Positions 1 to 11,257 of a stretch of DNA of 64,000 bases are shown piece after piece. The notes beneath the pieces were generated by a model. The model saw nothing but the letters and a program-made list of their open reading frames with translations. It was not told where the DNA came from and made no database searches. Position numbers and translations under genes: made by a program. The DNA comes from Camelus ferus (taxonomy: Eukaryota): assembly GCF_009834535.1 (NCBI RefSeq), contig NC_045705.1:32240001-32304000 (forward strand). The letters are read 5' to 3'. Every line of letters begins with the position of its first letter. Position 1 is the first letter of the stretch.

Positions 1-734
1 GTCTATAAATCTTATATTTTATTGATTTCTACATGTGCACCAGGGAAACCCGAGAGATAGCTGTTGGGTTATTATATCCAGTTTAAAACTTAACTTTGGA
101 GCCCCTGTTAATGTTAATAGGGGGGAGATTCTTCTTTTTAATGCAGCATTTTGTCATCCTTCCTCAATTTCATTTCCAGTGTGAAAACACTTTGAAGTGG
201 AAATAACACCAAATTCCATATAGGATGAAATAAAATATTTGAATTTCCCAACTGAGATAGTGGGAAAGATGCTATAAAAATCATCTGTGCCTTCTGTGCT
301 TCAACTCTGGGGGAAAAACATTATTTCCAATGTTTAGATTATTTAAGCATCTTGGCTTGGTGTCAGTTTCTCATGGCAAAAATAGGATTCGCTTCCTGTT
401 CTTCAGTAAATAATGATTTCTAAGGTTTTATGATTACAAAGAGAAACTATTTCCAGCCAATGGAACTCCTATAGTATTGTGATAACAGAGAGTGACTGTG
501 AACGTAATCGCAAAACATCAGGAACCGTGTGGTGGAGATCGTGGGAGGTGCATGAGGAGTGGGTGGTGAGAGAGGCGTCACAGACGTGACAGAGCACAGC
601 ACGGGAGTGGGAGGCCAGCAGGTGCTTATCCAAGAAGTAGCCACGCTGAGGAGGAGTTCTGCAGCCGTGTAATTAACAGGCGCAGCATCACGCATGAATA
701 GAGAAATCTGAGAATAGAGAAATGTTGAGAAGAA

Positions 735-1080
735 AACTCTAATAGAATTGAAAATTTAGCATATAATAGAAAGTACATACCAAATTGGCAAAATATGGGC
801 ATTTTGAAAACGTGTAATTGGGACAGCTGGGAAAACTCTGAGAAAGAAATACAGATTTGTATTCACACCTCATATTACAATAGGAACATCTTCTAATGAT
901 ACACACATTGACATATTTCAGAAAGTGAAATAACGAAAGAGTTCAGAATACACATTTTTATAACTTTGAAGCAAAGAAAGACGATCTAGCTTTGGATCAA
1001 CATCAGAATGCAGAAGTTTTCAACAAAAGTTGAAAAAATGCACACAAAAATAATTCTACTTAGTAGACTTTTAGATTCTG
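735..1080 (+). mobile_element. Old L1 ORF2/3' fragment
   Basis: A-rich degraded similarity to L1 ORF2 (ttgggacagctgg...cacacctcatattacaa), recognised by eye. Confidence 0.45.
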
Positions 1081-3175
1081 TGATACACTTTCTCTTTATA
1101 TATAAATACATTGTATCATCTGACAATAATAGGAAGTATAGAAATTTTTACTCTCTCTTAATTCCCCGCTTCTTGATCTGCAATTATTTATTATATAATA
1201 TATATTTTTAATTTTTTCTTCTGTTCTTTTCTTTTTCTTTATTTTGTTAACTTAATGGTAAATAAAATCTGTTTTCTAGATGAGAGTCATTGGTGGGATA
1301 AATGAGGTGCATTTATTTCCAGTCATGGTGGGAAAATATCCTTTAATCACTGACGGTCCAAACTAATTAATCACCACCCAAATATTGCAAATACAATGTC
1401 ATTCGCATGTTTGGACTTGATTTATTTTATTAGCTTAAATTAAATTACCTAATAATACATTTTTATATTTTTCCCAATAAGATAAAACTTGACACAAAAC
1501 TGAAGTTTTGTCTCTAACACACCACTGTAACCATATCATTTAGAAATGTGAAGTCATTTTATATGTTCCAGGTTAGACCAGTCACCATCTGAATACCCTT
1601 GAGTGACCACAGTCAACGCCACATGAAACAAAATAATCCTTCAGCTATGCTGCGCCTAGATTCTTGACCCACACATTTATGAGATAGAGTAAAATGATAT
1701 TATTCCAAGCTAATTTTTTATGCAACAGAAAACTGAAACAGAGACCTTCCATAACTGTTACAATGCCAACTTTCTTTGTAAGTTTTCTTCTGTCATTCCT
1801 CTCCATGGGCACCATGTATAGCCATCTGATCATTAGTCACTCTCATTTAATATTCTTTCCTCAGAAATTATTGCATTAATGTGTTTGTATCTTTGTATTT
1901 TTAGATCACATTGCTGATGCCTTGATATCCGCCTAGACAAAAAAAGAACTAGCTGAATAAACTTAGGTTATGTCAAAAATAAATTCTTTTTGCAAGTATA
2001 ATATTAAAGGAGAAATAGATTAAAAAAAAAAAAGAGCCCCACTCATCATTTACCAGTCCAGCTTGATTGAAAATGAATCCAAATGAGTTGACAGTATTTT
2101 AATGGAAAACATCTGAAGGAAAAAAAAAAAAAGCTTGGCTTTCTTAACAGTAACTTCTTGCTATTTATTTGCTTAGGACTGAAATGTTTCTCTTGTTTCA
2201 AATGTCATCTTTCTCAACCAGGAGGACTCAGAAAAATGCAACAAATTTACCTCATACATTGGTCTTAGTCTCTATTCTTCACCAAAAGAATGAATGGTTA
2301 AGTCTAGAAATCTTGGAAAAGAGCTGATTCTATATTGGGGCAAAATAGTTAAATCCAGATCATATTATGTCTTTGAAAAAGCAAAAATGCATTCAGATGC
2401 TTTGCAATAGTAAAGAATAAGATATAAAACTATAAGGGTGTCACTAGTATGATTCTACCATATAGTTAAGGCTTTTCTACAAACAGAGAATTGGGCTGAA
2501 AGGAAGAGAAACAGAACAGAGAGATGCACAAAAAAACAAAAAAAACCCAAAAATAACCCTAACTTTTTCAGACTCCAATCCTCCTAAGGGCCATATTCAT
2601 CTCTGCTACTTTAGAATTTGAAGGGAGGAAACACTTACATTATTCATTACCACATCCAAAAGCATCTACAATATCTCTTTGTAAAAGTTCTATTGTTAAT
2701 TTGCCCTTAGGTTAATTATGTTAGTTTTTGAATCAGAAAAGGTAACATCATTGGGCGTTGAATGGTTAATACTTCTACAAATATTAGCCAAGGTCATTCA
2801 GAAATGACTCTCAAAAGGCGTACCAGACAGTGATTTTTTTTAGCTGATATCTTTTTGAAAAGAAGAAAAAGTACATAATAGCTAAGTATAGAGGGAAAGA
2901 AACAAGATACTCACTGTGACATCAATTATTAAATAAGATATACTTATTTTTCAGTAAAACAAGTCCTAATCACCAGCGAATTTGTTGGGGATGGTAGACT
3001 ATCTGCTGAGCATGAGATCTGATGAAAAATTAGCTTCTTGTTGGTGCCACAACCACTGAGGACATGTAGGGAAGCCCAGCATAGAACAGCATGGTGGGGA
3101 GTGAGTGAAGGTGATGGACGTACTCAGTTAATCTGCTCAGTAGCTGCTGGACACCGGATTATTTTCAGCCCAGTA

Positions 3176-3280
3176 TCTTTTTTCTTTTCCTTTTTTTGTC
3201 TTTTTCTTTCTTTTTTTCTCCCTCCCTTCCTTCCTTCTTCCCTTCCTTTTCTCTCTCTCTCTCTCTTTCTTCCTTCCCTC
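3176..3280. repeat. Polypyrimidine (CT/CCTT/TTTC) microsatellite tract
   Basis: About 105 bp almost purely C/T, directly visible. Confidence 0.95.
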
Positions 3281-4100
3281 ACTCAGACTAGAAGGTCAAC
3301 ATTCCTTAACTACTAATTTAGACTATCTGGATAAAGAACTTCAACGTCTATGTACGTTTCAGAATTCTTACATAACCAGGTACTGATCCATAAATTAGTA
3401 TGTGGAATTCCCAAGAAAACACAAGACCCCACACAACAGAAATTTGATCTTTATCTCTGCCAGATCTCTAATAGTCTAAAGTTTACTACATAAAATAGTA
3501 CAGATATTTGCATACTGTACCATCTCTCCTGTCAATACTTCTTATTAATGTGTTTATGTATCTCCTCTATGAAGATCTCAATGAATATTAGAAGTGTAGC
3601 ACTTTAAAATTTGAGTATCTACAGTAATCTTTATTTAATGATAATGAAGTCTGTCAAAATTCATGTTTTCATATTATTTCATTATTTAAATGTTTACAAA
3701 ATTTTGAGAGAAGTAAGCAAGTTATATTCCCAAGGAGGGGAACTGGATTTCAGAGAAATAAAACCATCAGCCCTATGGCATGTAGGTATCAGAGCTGGGT
3801 CTATGTTTTCTATCATTAATTGGATATCTTTTCCAGTCCTATGCATATTCTTCTTCCACTGAGAGATCATTTTATACCAGAGGCTAAAGGGCATTGCTCC
3901 AGAATCATGCATTTTCTCATCAAATAAAAGAAAAATAAAAAGGAAAAAGATATTGTCTTGTTACTTTTCTATCCCATAAGAGAATTAGTGTGTTTTGTCC
4001 TTGATGCATCCCTATGGACTTCAAGAAGAGGCAGAGGACCTGGTATGAGTCCAAATGCTTAATACTCATAGCATCCTTTAATTGAGTGAGCAGATTATTT

Positions 4101-4112
4101 TCACAGGTAAGT
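4101..4112 (+). promoter_or_regulatory. Putative 5'-UTR exon splice donor of OR5T copy 1
   Basis: CAG|GTAAGT with GT at 4107-4108, conserved as CAG|GTAAGA in copy 2. A matching acceptor (pyrimidine tract + CAG) ends at 5282. OR genes typically have a 5' non-coding exon. Confidence 0.6.
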
Positions 4113-5485
4113 GGGAAGGTTTTTCATTACTTAGAAAATATTTTAGAACGTATAATCTTGAATCTCAAACTAGATTCTATTCTTTAACATTTAACCCTGA
4201 GATAGAAATTTCTAGTTAATTCAGAATTGAATTAAGGATTGGATGCGGAATTTTAATGGAACATAGTAGAGGAAGTAGGAAAGACTCACTGCATACTTAG
4301 CTCAGTAGAGCTACAAATTAGAAATTGTTTTCATTACCTTGGTGGAATATAACAATCAGAATAAGGGTAGTATAAATAAATGTCTTTATTAAATTTTTAG
4401 AAAAATTATTAAATGGAGAATTTATCAACCAGCCATTGGTTATATGCCCCCCCACACAAAGGGACAGCTATTTTTTATAGTAATTAAAGTAACTTCATAA
4501 GCAACTATAATATATTAAATAAATAGCCATTAAATATTTTTGACAGAAATATGTCTCAAAATATACTGAAGGATTTTGCAGAAATAATGAGTATATGTAT
4601 AGGGCAAAAACTTGAATGGTGTTAAGTTAAAATTTGAAAATCAGTAACAATGAAATAAACTACAGTGGCCAAACATTGATAACTTATTTTTATGTGTTTC
4701 AAGAAACAGAACTGTAATACAAAAAAAGAAAGAAACAAGAGAGCAATGCTATGAATTTGTTTGCAAACTAAGTGCATTTATTTCCAGAATAAAATCTGTT
4801 TACCACACCCAGAAGTACCAAAAAATGAGGTCATAACCATAAAGAGAACATAAAATGGTTGGTTGGAAAAGGCTGCCTCAAATGACAGTTGAAAAGTAAG
4901 TCTAATTTACCCTATTTCTTAGTAATCTGTGGATATTTTACAGTTGAATAATTTTCACATTGATTTTTATCATTTAAATTCAGCACAGTCTTGTGAGGTG
5001 AGTGTATTTGTTTCCATTTTACTGGTTGTGGACTTCAGGCATGCTGTAGAAAAATCTAGAATTAGCACTCAAGTGTGTACTTTCTACCACAATATTTTCG
5101 GATTATAAATTCCTATATTCACCTGTCTTTATGAATGTTAAGATGATGTGATATGAAAACAGGAGGTAGTAAACTTAAAAGAGAATAAACTGGAAATCAA
5201 ACCACAGAAATCAGCACTATTTTTAACGTGACAAATTTAACCAACAACTGAATGAATTAAATTCTTTAATTTACCTGTACAGGGTAATGCATCCACTTGG
5301 ATTCAACTTCTTCATCACTGCCTATTCCCTCACTGCAAAGGATTTCACTATGTTCTTCTAAGAATTATACCTAAAAGGATATGATGGGGGGGAACTTAAT
5401 TTTCATTATCCATTGCCTTTAGAACTTAAAAATAACAACTAAACTGTCAGGGTCACTGTCAGATTTAGATTTTCACAGGATTCAG

Positions 5486-6406
5486 TTGAAAAATGTGAGT
5501 GAAGACACCATGTTTATATCGGTGGGCTTCACAGATGATTGTGAGCTGCAAGCTTTCCTATTTTTACTATTTCTAGCAATCTATCTTTTTACTCTGATAG
5601 GAAATTTGGGACTGGTTATGTTGGTTATTGTGGATTCTCGGCTCCACAACCCTATGTACTGTTTTCTGAGTGTGTTATCATTCTTGGATGCCTGCTATTC
5701 TTCAGTTATCACCCCCAAAATTTTGGTCAATTTCCTGTCAGAGAATAAAATCATTTCATATCTTGGATGCACAGCACGGAATTTTCTCTTTGTTACTTTT
5801 GGGACCACAGAATGCGTCCTCTTGGCCGCAATGGCATATGATCGCTACATAGCAATCTACAATCCCTTCCTGTATTCAGTGAGCATGGCGCACAGAGTCT
5901 ATGTGCCACTCATCACTGCTTCCTATGTTGGTGGCATCTTGCATGCTTCTGTGCACACAGTGGCCACATTTAGCCTGTCCTTCTGTGCGTCCAATCAAAT
6001 TACACACGTCTTTTGTGACATCCCTCCTCTCCTCGCTCTTTCTTGCTCTGACACTCGCACAAACCAGCTTCTACTCTTCTACTTCATGGGCTCTATTGAG
6101 ACAGTCACTATCCTGATTGTCCTGATCTCCTGTGGCTTCATTCTGCTGGCCATCCTGAGGATGCATTCTGCCGAAGGGAGAAGGAAAGCCTCTTCTATGT
6201 GTGCCTCTCACCTAACTGCAGTGCCCATTTTTCACAGTACAGTTCTCTTCATGTACATGAGACTGAGTTCCAACTACACCTTGGACCATGACGTGATAGT
6301 GTCTGTGTTTTACAGCATCATGATTCCCGTGCTGAATCCCATCATCTGCAGTCTGAGGAACAAAGATGTCAAAGAGGCCATGAAAAGAGTGTTTGGGAAA
6401 AATTGA
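5486..6406 (+). CDS. Olfactory receptor, OR5T subfamily, copy 1; open frame but probably non-functional
   Basis: Contains [27 protein letters not shown] and SLRNKDVK. The track start at 5486 is TTG, not ATG; the first in-frame ATG is 5510 and there is an in-frame TAG at 5420-5422. KAFSTC is changed to KASSMC and NPIIY to NPIIC. Subfamily assigned from resemblance to recalled human OR5T1/2/3. Confidence 0.85.
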   Translation: MKNVSEDTMFISVGFTDDCELQAFLFLLFLAIYLFTLIGNLGLVMLVIVDSRLHNPMYCFLSVLSFLDACYSSVITPKILVNFLSENKIISYLGCTARNFLFVTFGTTECVLLAAMAYDRYIAIYNPFLYSVSMAHRVYVPLITASYVGGILHASVHTVATFSLSFCASNQITHVFCDIPPLLALSCSDTRTNQLLLFYFMGSIETVTILIVLISCGFILLAILRMHSAEGRRKASSMCASHLTAVPIFHSTVLFMYMRLSSNYTLDHDVIVSVFYSIMIPVLNPIICSLRNKDVKEAMKRVFGKN

Positions 6407-6659
6407 CTTGTTAATAAAGTATATTTTTCACACTAAATATTAAATGGAAAGAATTTAAGCCTAATGTTTATTGTTGTTATATCAAAAAAGTTATATTTAA
6501 ACTGTTTTAGTTTATTATTGCCTTTCTGTCATTCTTGGATATTTTAAAATGAAGATTATATTCAACCCACCACCTATGTGCCTTTTACACAAGCAGGAAA
6601 CTGTGACTATCTGTGTGTCTATCTCCACATAATGTGGATATGTGTATATATCTGTGATT

Positions 6660-7098
6660 ATATATATGAAGACTACAAATATTTGGTTTCATTGATTTAA
6701 ATGTCTATCTTCTCACCAGTGTCATAGTATCTTTTTGAAGTGCTTTATAAGTGAATAATTAATAAGTAAAATGTAATAATCATTACAAATCTAGAATGCT
6801 AAAGAGGTAATAGCAGATTTTGGTATGAAAAGCGCAAGCTACAATTTTTCCCGACTTCACTTAGAATGATGTAATATCTTGATTTCTTAGCTATGTGTTA
6901 AATCTTGAAGTTCAATTATGGGAGTCCTCCAATACTATTCTTTACTTTCAAAATTGTTTTGAGTTCCTTAGTTCTTTTGCATTTTCAAAAAAAAAAAGAA
7001 ATATAGTTACATTTTCTGTTTCCGTAAAACTGCTTGTTTACGTTTAATTGGGGCTACATTTGGGACTGCATTTAATTAGTAGAGCCTTTGTTTACAAT
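6660..7098 (-). mobile_element. L1 ORF2 fragment
   Basis: Antisense L1-like text (gtcctccaatactattctttactttcaaaattgttttg...ttcttttgcatttt) running into the gap. Confidence 0.55.
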
Positions 7099-7346
7099 NN
7101 NNNNNNNNNNNNNNNNNNNNNNNNNNNNNNNNNNNNNNNNNNNNNNNNNNNNNNNNNNNNNNNNNNNNNNNNNNNNNNNNNNNNNNNNNNNNNNNNNNNN
7201 NNNNNNNNNNNNNNNNNNNNNNNNNNNNNNNNNNNNNNNNNNNNNNNNNNNNNNNNNNNNNNNNNNNNNNNNNNNNNNNNNNNNNNNNNNNNNNNNNNNN
7301 NNNNNNNNNNNNNNNNNNNNNNNNNNNNNNNNNNNNNNNNNNNNNN
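7099..7346. other. Assembly gap (248 N)
   Basis: Run of N. Confidence 1.
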
Positions 7347-7670
7347 TTTCTTTTCTTTAACACTCAGAGTCTATGACCAACATTTCCTAATTACTAATTC
7401 AGAATCTCTGGATGTAGACTGGAGGCATCTATGCCTTTTTCACAATCTTCTGAAAATGTCTTAAGCACTTTGCCAGGTACTAATCTATAGAGTATATATG
7501 GAACCCTAAGAAAAGATAAAGTTCTGGGCAACTCAAAAAGTTTGGCATCTGTCTCTACCAAATCTCTAATGTCAGGTGTTCTGTTACATAGAATATAAAG
7601 TCACCTGTGTACCATACAGTCTCTCCTGTCAACTTCCAAGTCATGCATTTATATCTCGTCTCTTCTTTTA

Positions 7671-7819
7671 TTTTTTTAACATTTTTATTGATTTATAATC
7701 ATTTTACAATGTTGTGTCAAATTCCTGTGTAGAGCACAATTTTTCAGTTATACATGAACATATATACATTCATTGTCACATTCTTTTCTCTGTGAGCTAC
7801 CGTAAGATCTTGTGTATGT
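7671..7819 (-). mobile_element. Young 5'-truncated L1 3' end with perfect 15-bp TSD
   Basis: TCGTCTCTTCTTTTA at 7656-7670 and 7820-7834 flanks a poly(T)-led L1 tail of camelid type. The insertion is absent at the homologous site in OR5T copy 1. Confidence 0.9.
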
Positions 7820-8299
7820 TCGTCTCTTCTTTTAAACTTCCCACTGCAGTTTCATATATTTAGATGGCATAGTTAAGCAGTTTATTTCTCAAACCACTTA
7901 GAAATGTAGCCCTTTAAAATTTAAGTAACTATAGTAATCTTTATCAAATGATAATGAATTCTGTCATAGCTCATGCTTTCATGTAATTTCATTGTGCACA
8001 TGTATAAAGGATTTTGAGAGAAGTAACAGGTTGTATTACCAGGAAGTGACAGGTTATGTTTCATGGCACCTAGCTATTTAGGGTCAGAGCCGGGATTATG
8101 TCCTGTCCTCTATCACAGGTTTATTTTCCAGCTCTGTACATATTCATTTTCCACTGAAGGATTATTTTATACCAGAGGTCTTGGTGTATTTATGTAATGA
8201 TTTTGATACAAGAGTTTATTGTTCCAGAGCCATTTGCTCATTTAGTATGGGAAAAAAGTAAAAACAGCTCGGTACTTTTCTGTCCCAGAGGAGACTTAG

Positions 8300-8426
8300 T
8301 GTGTTTTCTCCTGGAGACATCCCTGGAGACCTCAAGAAGATCTCAGGAACCTAGTATAAGGGTCCAAATGCCTAATATTCAGAGCACACTTTCACTGAGT
8401 GTGTAGTTTATTTCCACAGGTAAGAG
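8300..8426 (+). promoter_or_regulatory. Putative promoter/5'-UTR exon and donor of OR5T copy 2
   Basis: O/E(EBF)-like TCCCTGGAGA near 8320 (TCCCTATGGA at the homologous site in copy 1). Donor GT at 8420-8421; acceptor TTTTTTTACAG ends at 13133. Confidence 0.5.
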
Positions 8427-9019
8427 GAAAGGTTTTTCATCACTTATAAAATAATCTAGAAACCATAATCTTTTCCAAACTAGATTCTATTCTTTAATAT
8501 TTATATCTGAGTAGAAATTTCTAGTTAACTCAAATTGAATTAAAGGTTGAATCAGAAACACCATGGAACATAGCAGAGCAAATAAGAGACGCTCTCAATA
8601 TATTTAGATAAATAAAGATATAAATTAGAAAATTGGTTTAATTTTCCTTGATGGAAGATAATAGTTAGAATGAGGGTGGTAGAAATAAAAGTCTAATTTA
8701 AATTAGGAAAATTATTAAATGGAGAGAAAATTAACTATCAACCAGCCATTGGATATATGCCATTTTGGAATCATGATTTTTTTTTCTCCTAGAAGAAAAC
8801 AAATATGTTTTAAATTTATTTTATTAGAAAGCTGACTGATCTAGAAGTCAATTCTGGTTTTTGTTTGATTTGGTTGGTTTTAATATCCTGGTCCTTAACC
8901 TTGGTGGCTTTATCCATGATATCAAATACTAGAAGATGTTATTTGGCCTTATTTCTAGGGGATAACATTTCCAAATTATGGCATGTCCCAGTGAGTCTGC
9001 AATATGGTCAAATGGAAAG

Positions 9020-9240
9020 AGCTTAATGTGTGGCAACAGCAGATCTTGAATCTGCATCTTGGTTCTGCTAGTAACTTTTTATGTGAACTTGATTAGCTTA
9101 CATGTCTAACCTGTCCTTTGTTTTCTTGTCTATGAAAGGATGCTGAATTAGTTATTTTGCAGGTTGCTATGTAGATTATGCAAGATAAAGTTCCCAGCAT
9201 TTCTAACATCTAGTATCCACTTAGTAACACACAGTAGCTG
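9020..9240. mobile_element. MIR SINE (degraded)
   Basis: MIR-core-like text (ttgaatctgcatcttggttctgctagtaac...ttttcttgtctatgaaagg). Confidence 0.5.
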
Positions 9241-10271
9241 CTACACCAGCTTTCACTCTTCTCAAGATTAGCGTTTGCAATACTGTTCGCATGGATGTTT
9301 AGACTGTATGTTTTCCGATTGTTTGAGAAGGGAGAAACTTATTTGATTTTGGTTTTCCAGAATGGTATTTTGTTAGAAATATGGGATCCATATCTTTGTT
9401 TTGGTAGACTCTAACTCTCAGAATGGTACCAGCTAGGTAAAAACACAATCAGTTCTAATTACCTTAAATATTAGTTGACAGAAATGTCTGTAATGGAGCA
9501 TCTTGGATGCAGGAGATAAACTCCACACATCTTGTTTATCATTCCTCCAGCTCCCTGCAATGAAGTTGATAATTGCTCAAATGGGGAGATACTGAGGGTT
9601 ATAAGAAAGTTATTTTGGGCAAAATTATCAGTGAGATTTAAGTAAATATACTGATATTTTACTGACATGCCTAAAGTCAGAATGCGTTGAGATAGATGCA
9701 TTTTTAAGATGTCTGATACCACTAAATACTGGTATTTATGGGCTTAATCTCATTAAAATGGCATTTTAATATATATTAAGTGTTGTGTAGCAGACATGTG
9801 TGACTGAAAGAAGTAATACTTAGCTTCTGGTTTGGGCCCATTCTTTGTCCAATGCTTTGATGAAAATTTGATTTTTATGGCTCCCTGTTTATCTGTTGTA
9901 GTTAAGTCAAATTTGGAAGCCATATTTCATATATATGCATTCTTCACACATAATTAATGCTTTGATTTAATAAAATATATTCAATACATCTCATAAGTAA
10001 GCCCTCTGTGACTATGCCATGTTTATGTAGTTGTAAAAGATATGTCTGGAAATTTGCACCATCTTATTTAGTCTTAGTTTGAAAGGATAAGTTTACTTTT
10101 TCAAGGTCACATTGTCACTATGTACTAAATCTGAGATTTTAATATTATTTTAGATTTCAACTATAATGTTCTTAATCTTCCACAATTGTTGGATCTTGGA
10201 CACATAATTTAAATAAAGGTTAAATGTGTAATCCAGCTGAAATTTTTCCTGTGTATGTCAATTAATATGTA

Positions 10272-11257
10272 CGGTCAACCTTTAAGCGATGCTGAAGTTG
10301 GAGGTGCTGACTCCCATGCAGTCAAAAATCCACATATAATTTTTGACTCCCCCAATACTTAATGACTAATAGCCCACTGTTGACCAGATGATAACATAAA
10401 AATTGGATTAACACATATCTTTTATAAGTTATATGTATTGTATACTGTATTCCTACAATAAAGTAAGCTAGAGAAAAGAAAATGTTAAGAAAGTCATAAG
10501 GTAGAGAAAACTCATTTACTGAACTGTACTGCATTTATCAATACTGTAAGTTTACATTGTCTGTTTACAATAAGACTCATTTGTCAATACCTACATCAAT
10601 AGTGCCTTATATGATACAAAACTAGATGTTATATCTATTAATAACATTAGACGTCAAAAATTTAAGATAATATGAAAAATAAATTAATATTTATTTACAG
10701 GCAAAATGACTCATGTATTGATAATGAAGAACCAGCAATACGATTGCTTTGTGGTAGCCTCCTGGCATCGATATGATTGCTTCCTGGTAGCCTAGTCTAT
10801 ACAGTAAGATATGAATCATGATAAAATATTTATGGCATAGAATATTACAGTCATATTTATCATAAAGTATTGAAAACATTGTTACATTAAAAAACACACC
10901 TGTGATGATACGGTGTGTGCAATATCTTCATTTACAAAAGGAGAGGCATCCTGTAAGGCAATGTAATTCTTCGAAAGCAAGTTATAAAACAGTAACACAT
11001 TGTTAATTTTATTGTTAAGATCACTCACCTTAGGCCTATGTAAAGATAGCCTGGTATCTATGTATATTTTATGCATTCATGACATACCTAACTAATCCTT
11101 AATTTTTCAATATTTCTAGGCTGCACAATTTTCCTGCAAGCTTTTTTCTTCAAATTGTTCCAAATCTTCAAAAAATTTTCCAACATATTTGTTAAAAAAA
11201 AATCCACACATAAGTGTGTCCATGTAGTTCAAACCTGTGTTGGTCAATGATCTACTG
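10272..11257. mobile_element. Tigger2-family (TcMar) non-autonomous DNA transposon
   Basis: Flanked by TA at 10270-10271 and 11258-11259. Ends resemble the cagttgacccttgaacaac TIR; internal text (aataaagtaagctagagaaaagaaaatg; gttcaaacctgtgttg) matches recalled Tigger2/MER28. Confidence 0.8.

Noticed and set aside
5901-6116. Overlapping alternative-frame ORF, also at 13753-13968
   Set aside because: A by-product of the converted tract; no recognisable protein.
7048-7464. ORFs spanning 7048-7464 and 61369-61692
   Set aside because: Artefacts of N runs translated as X.
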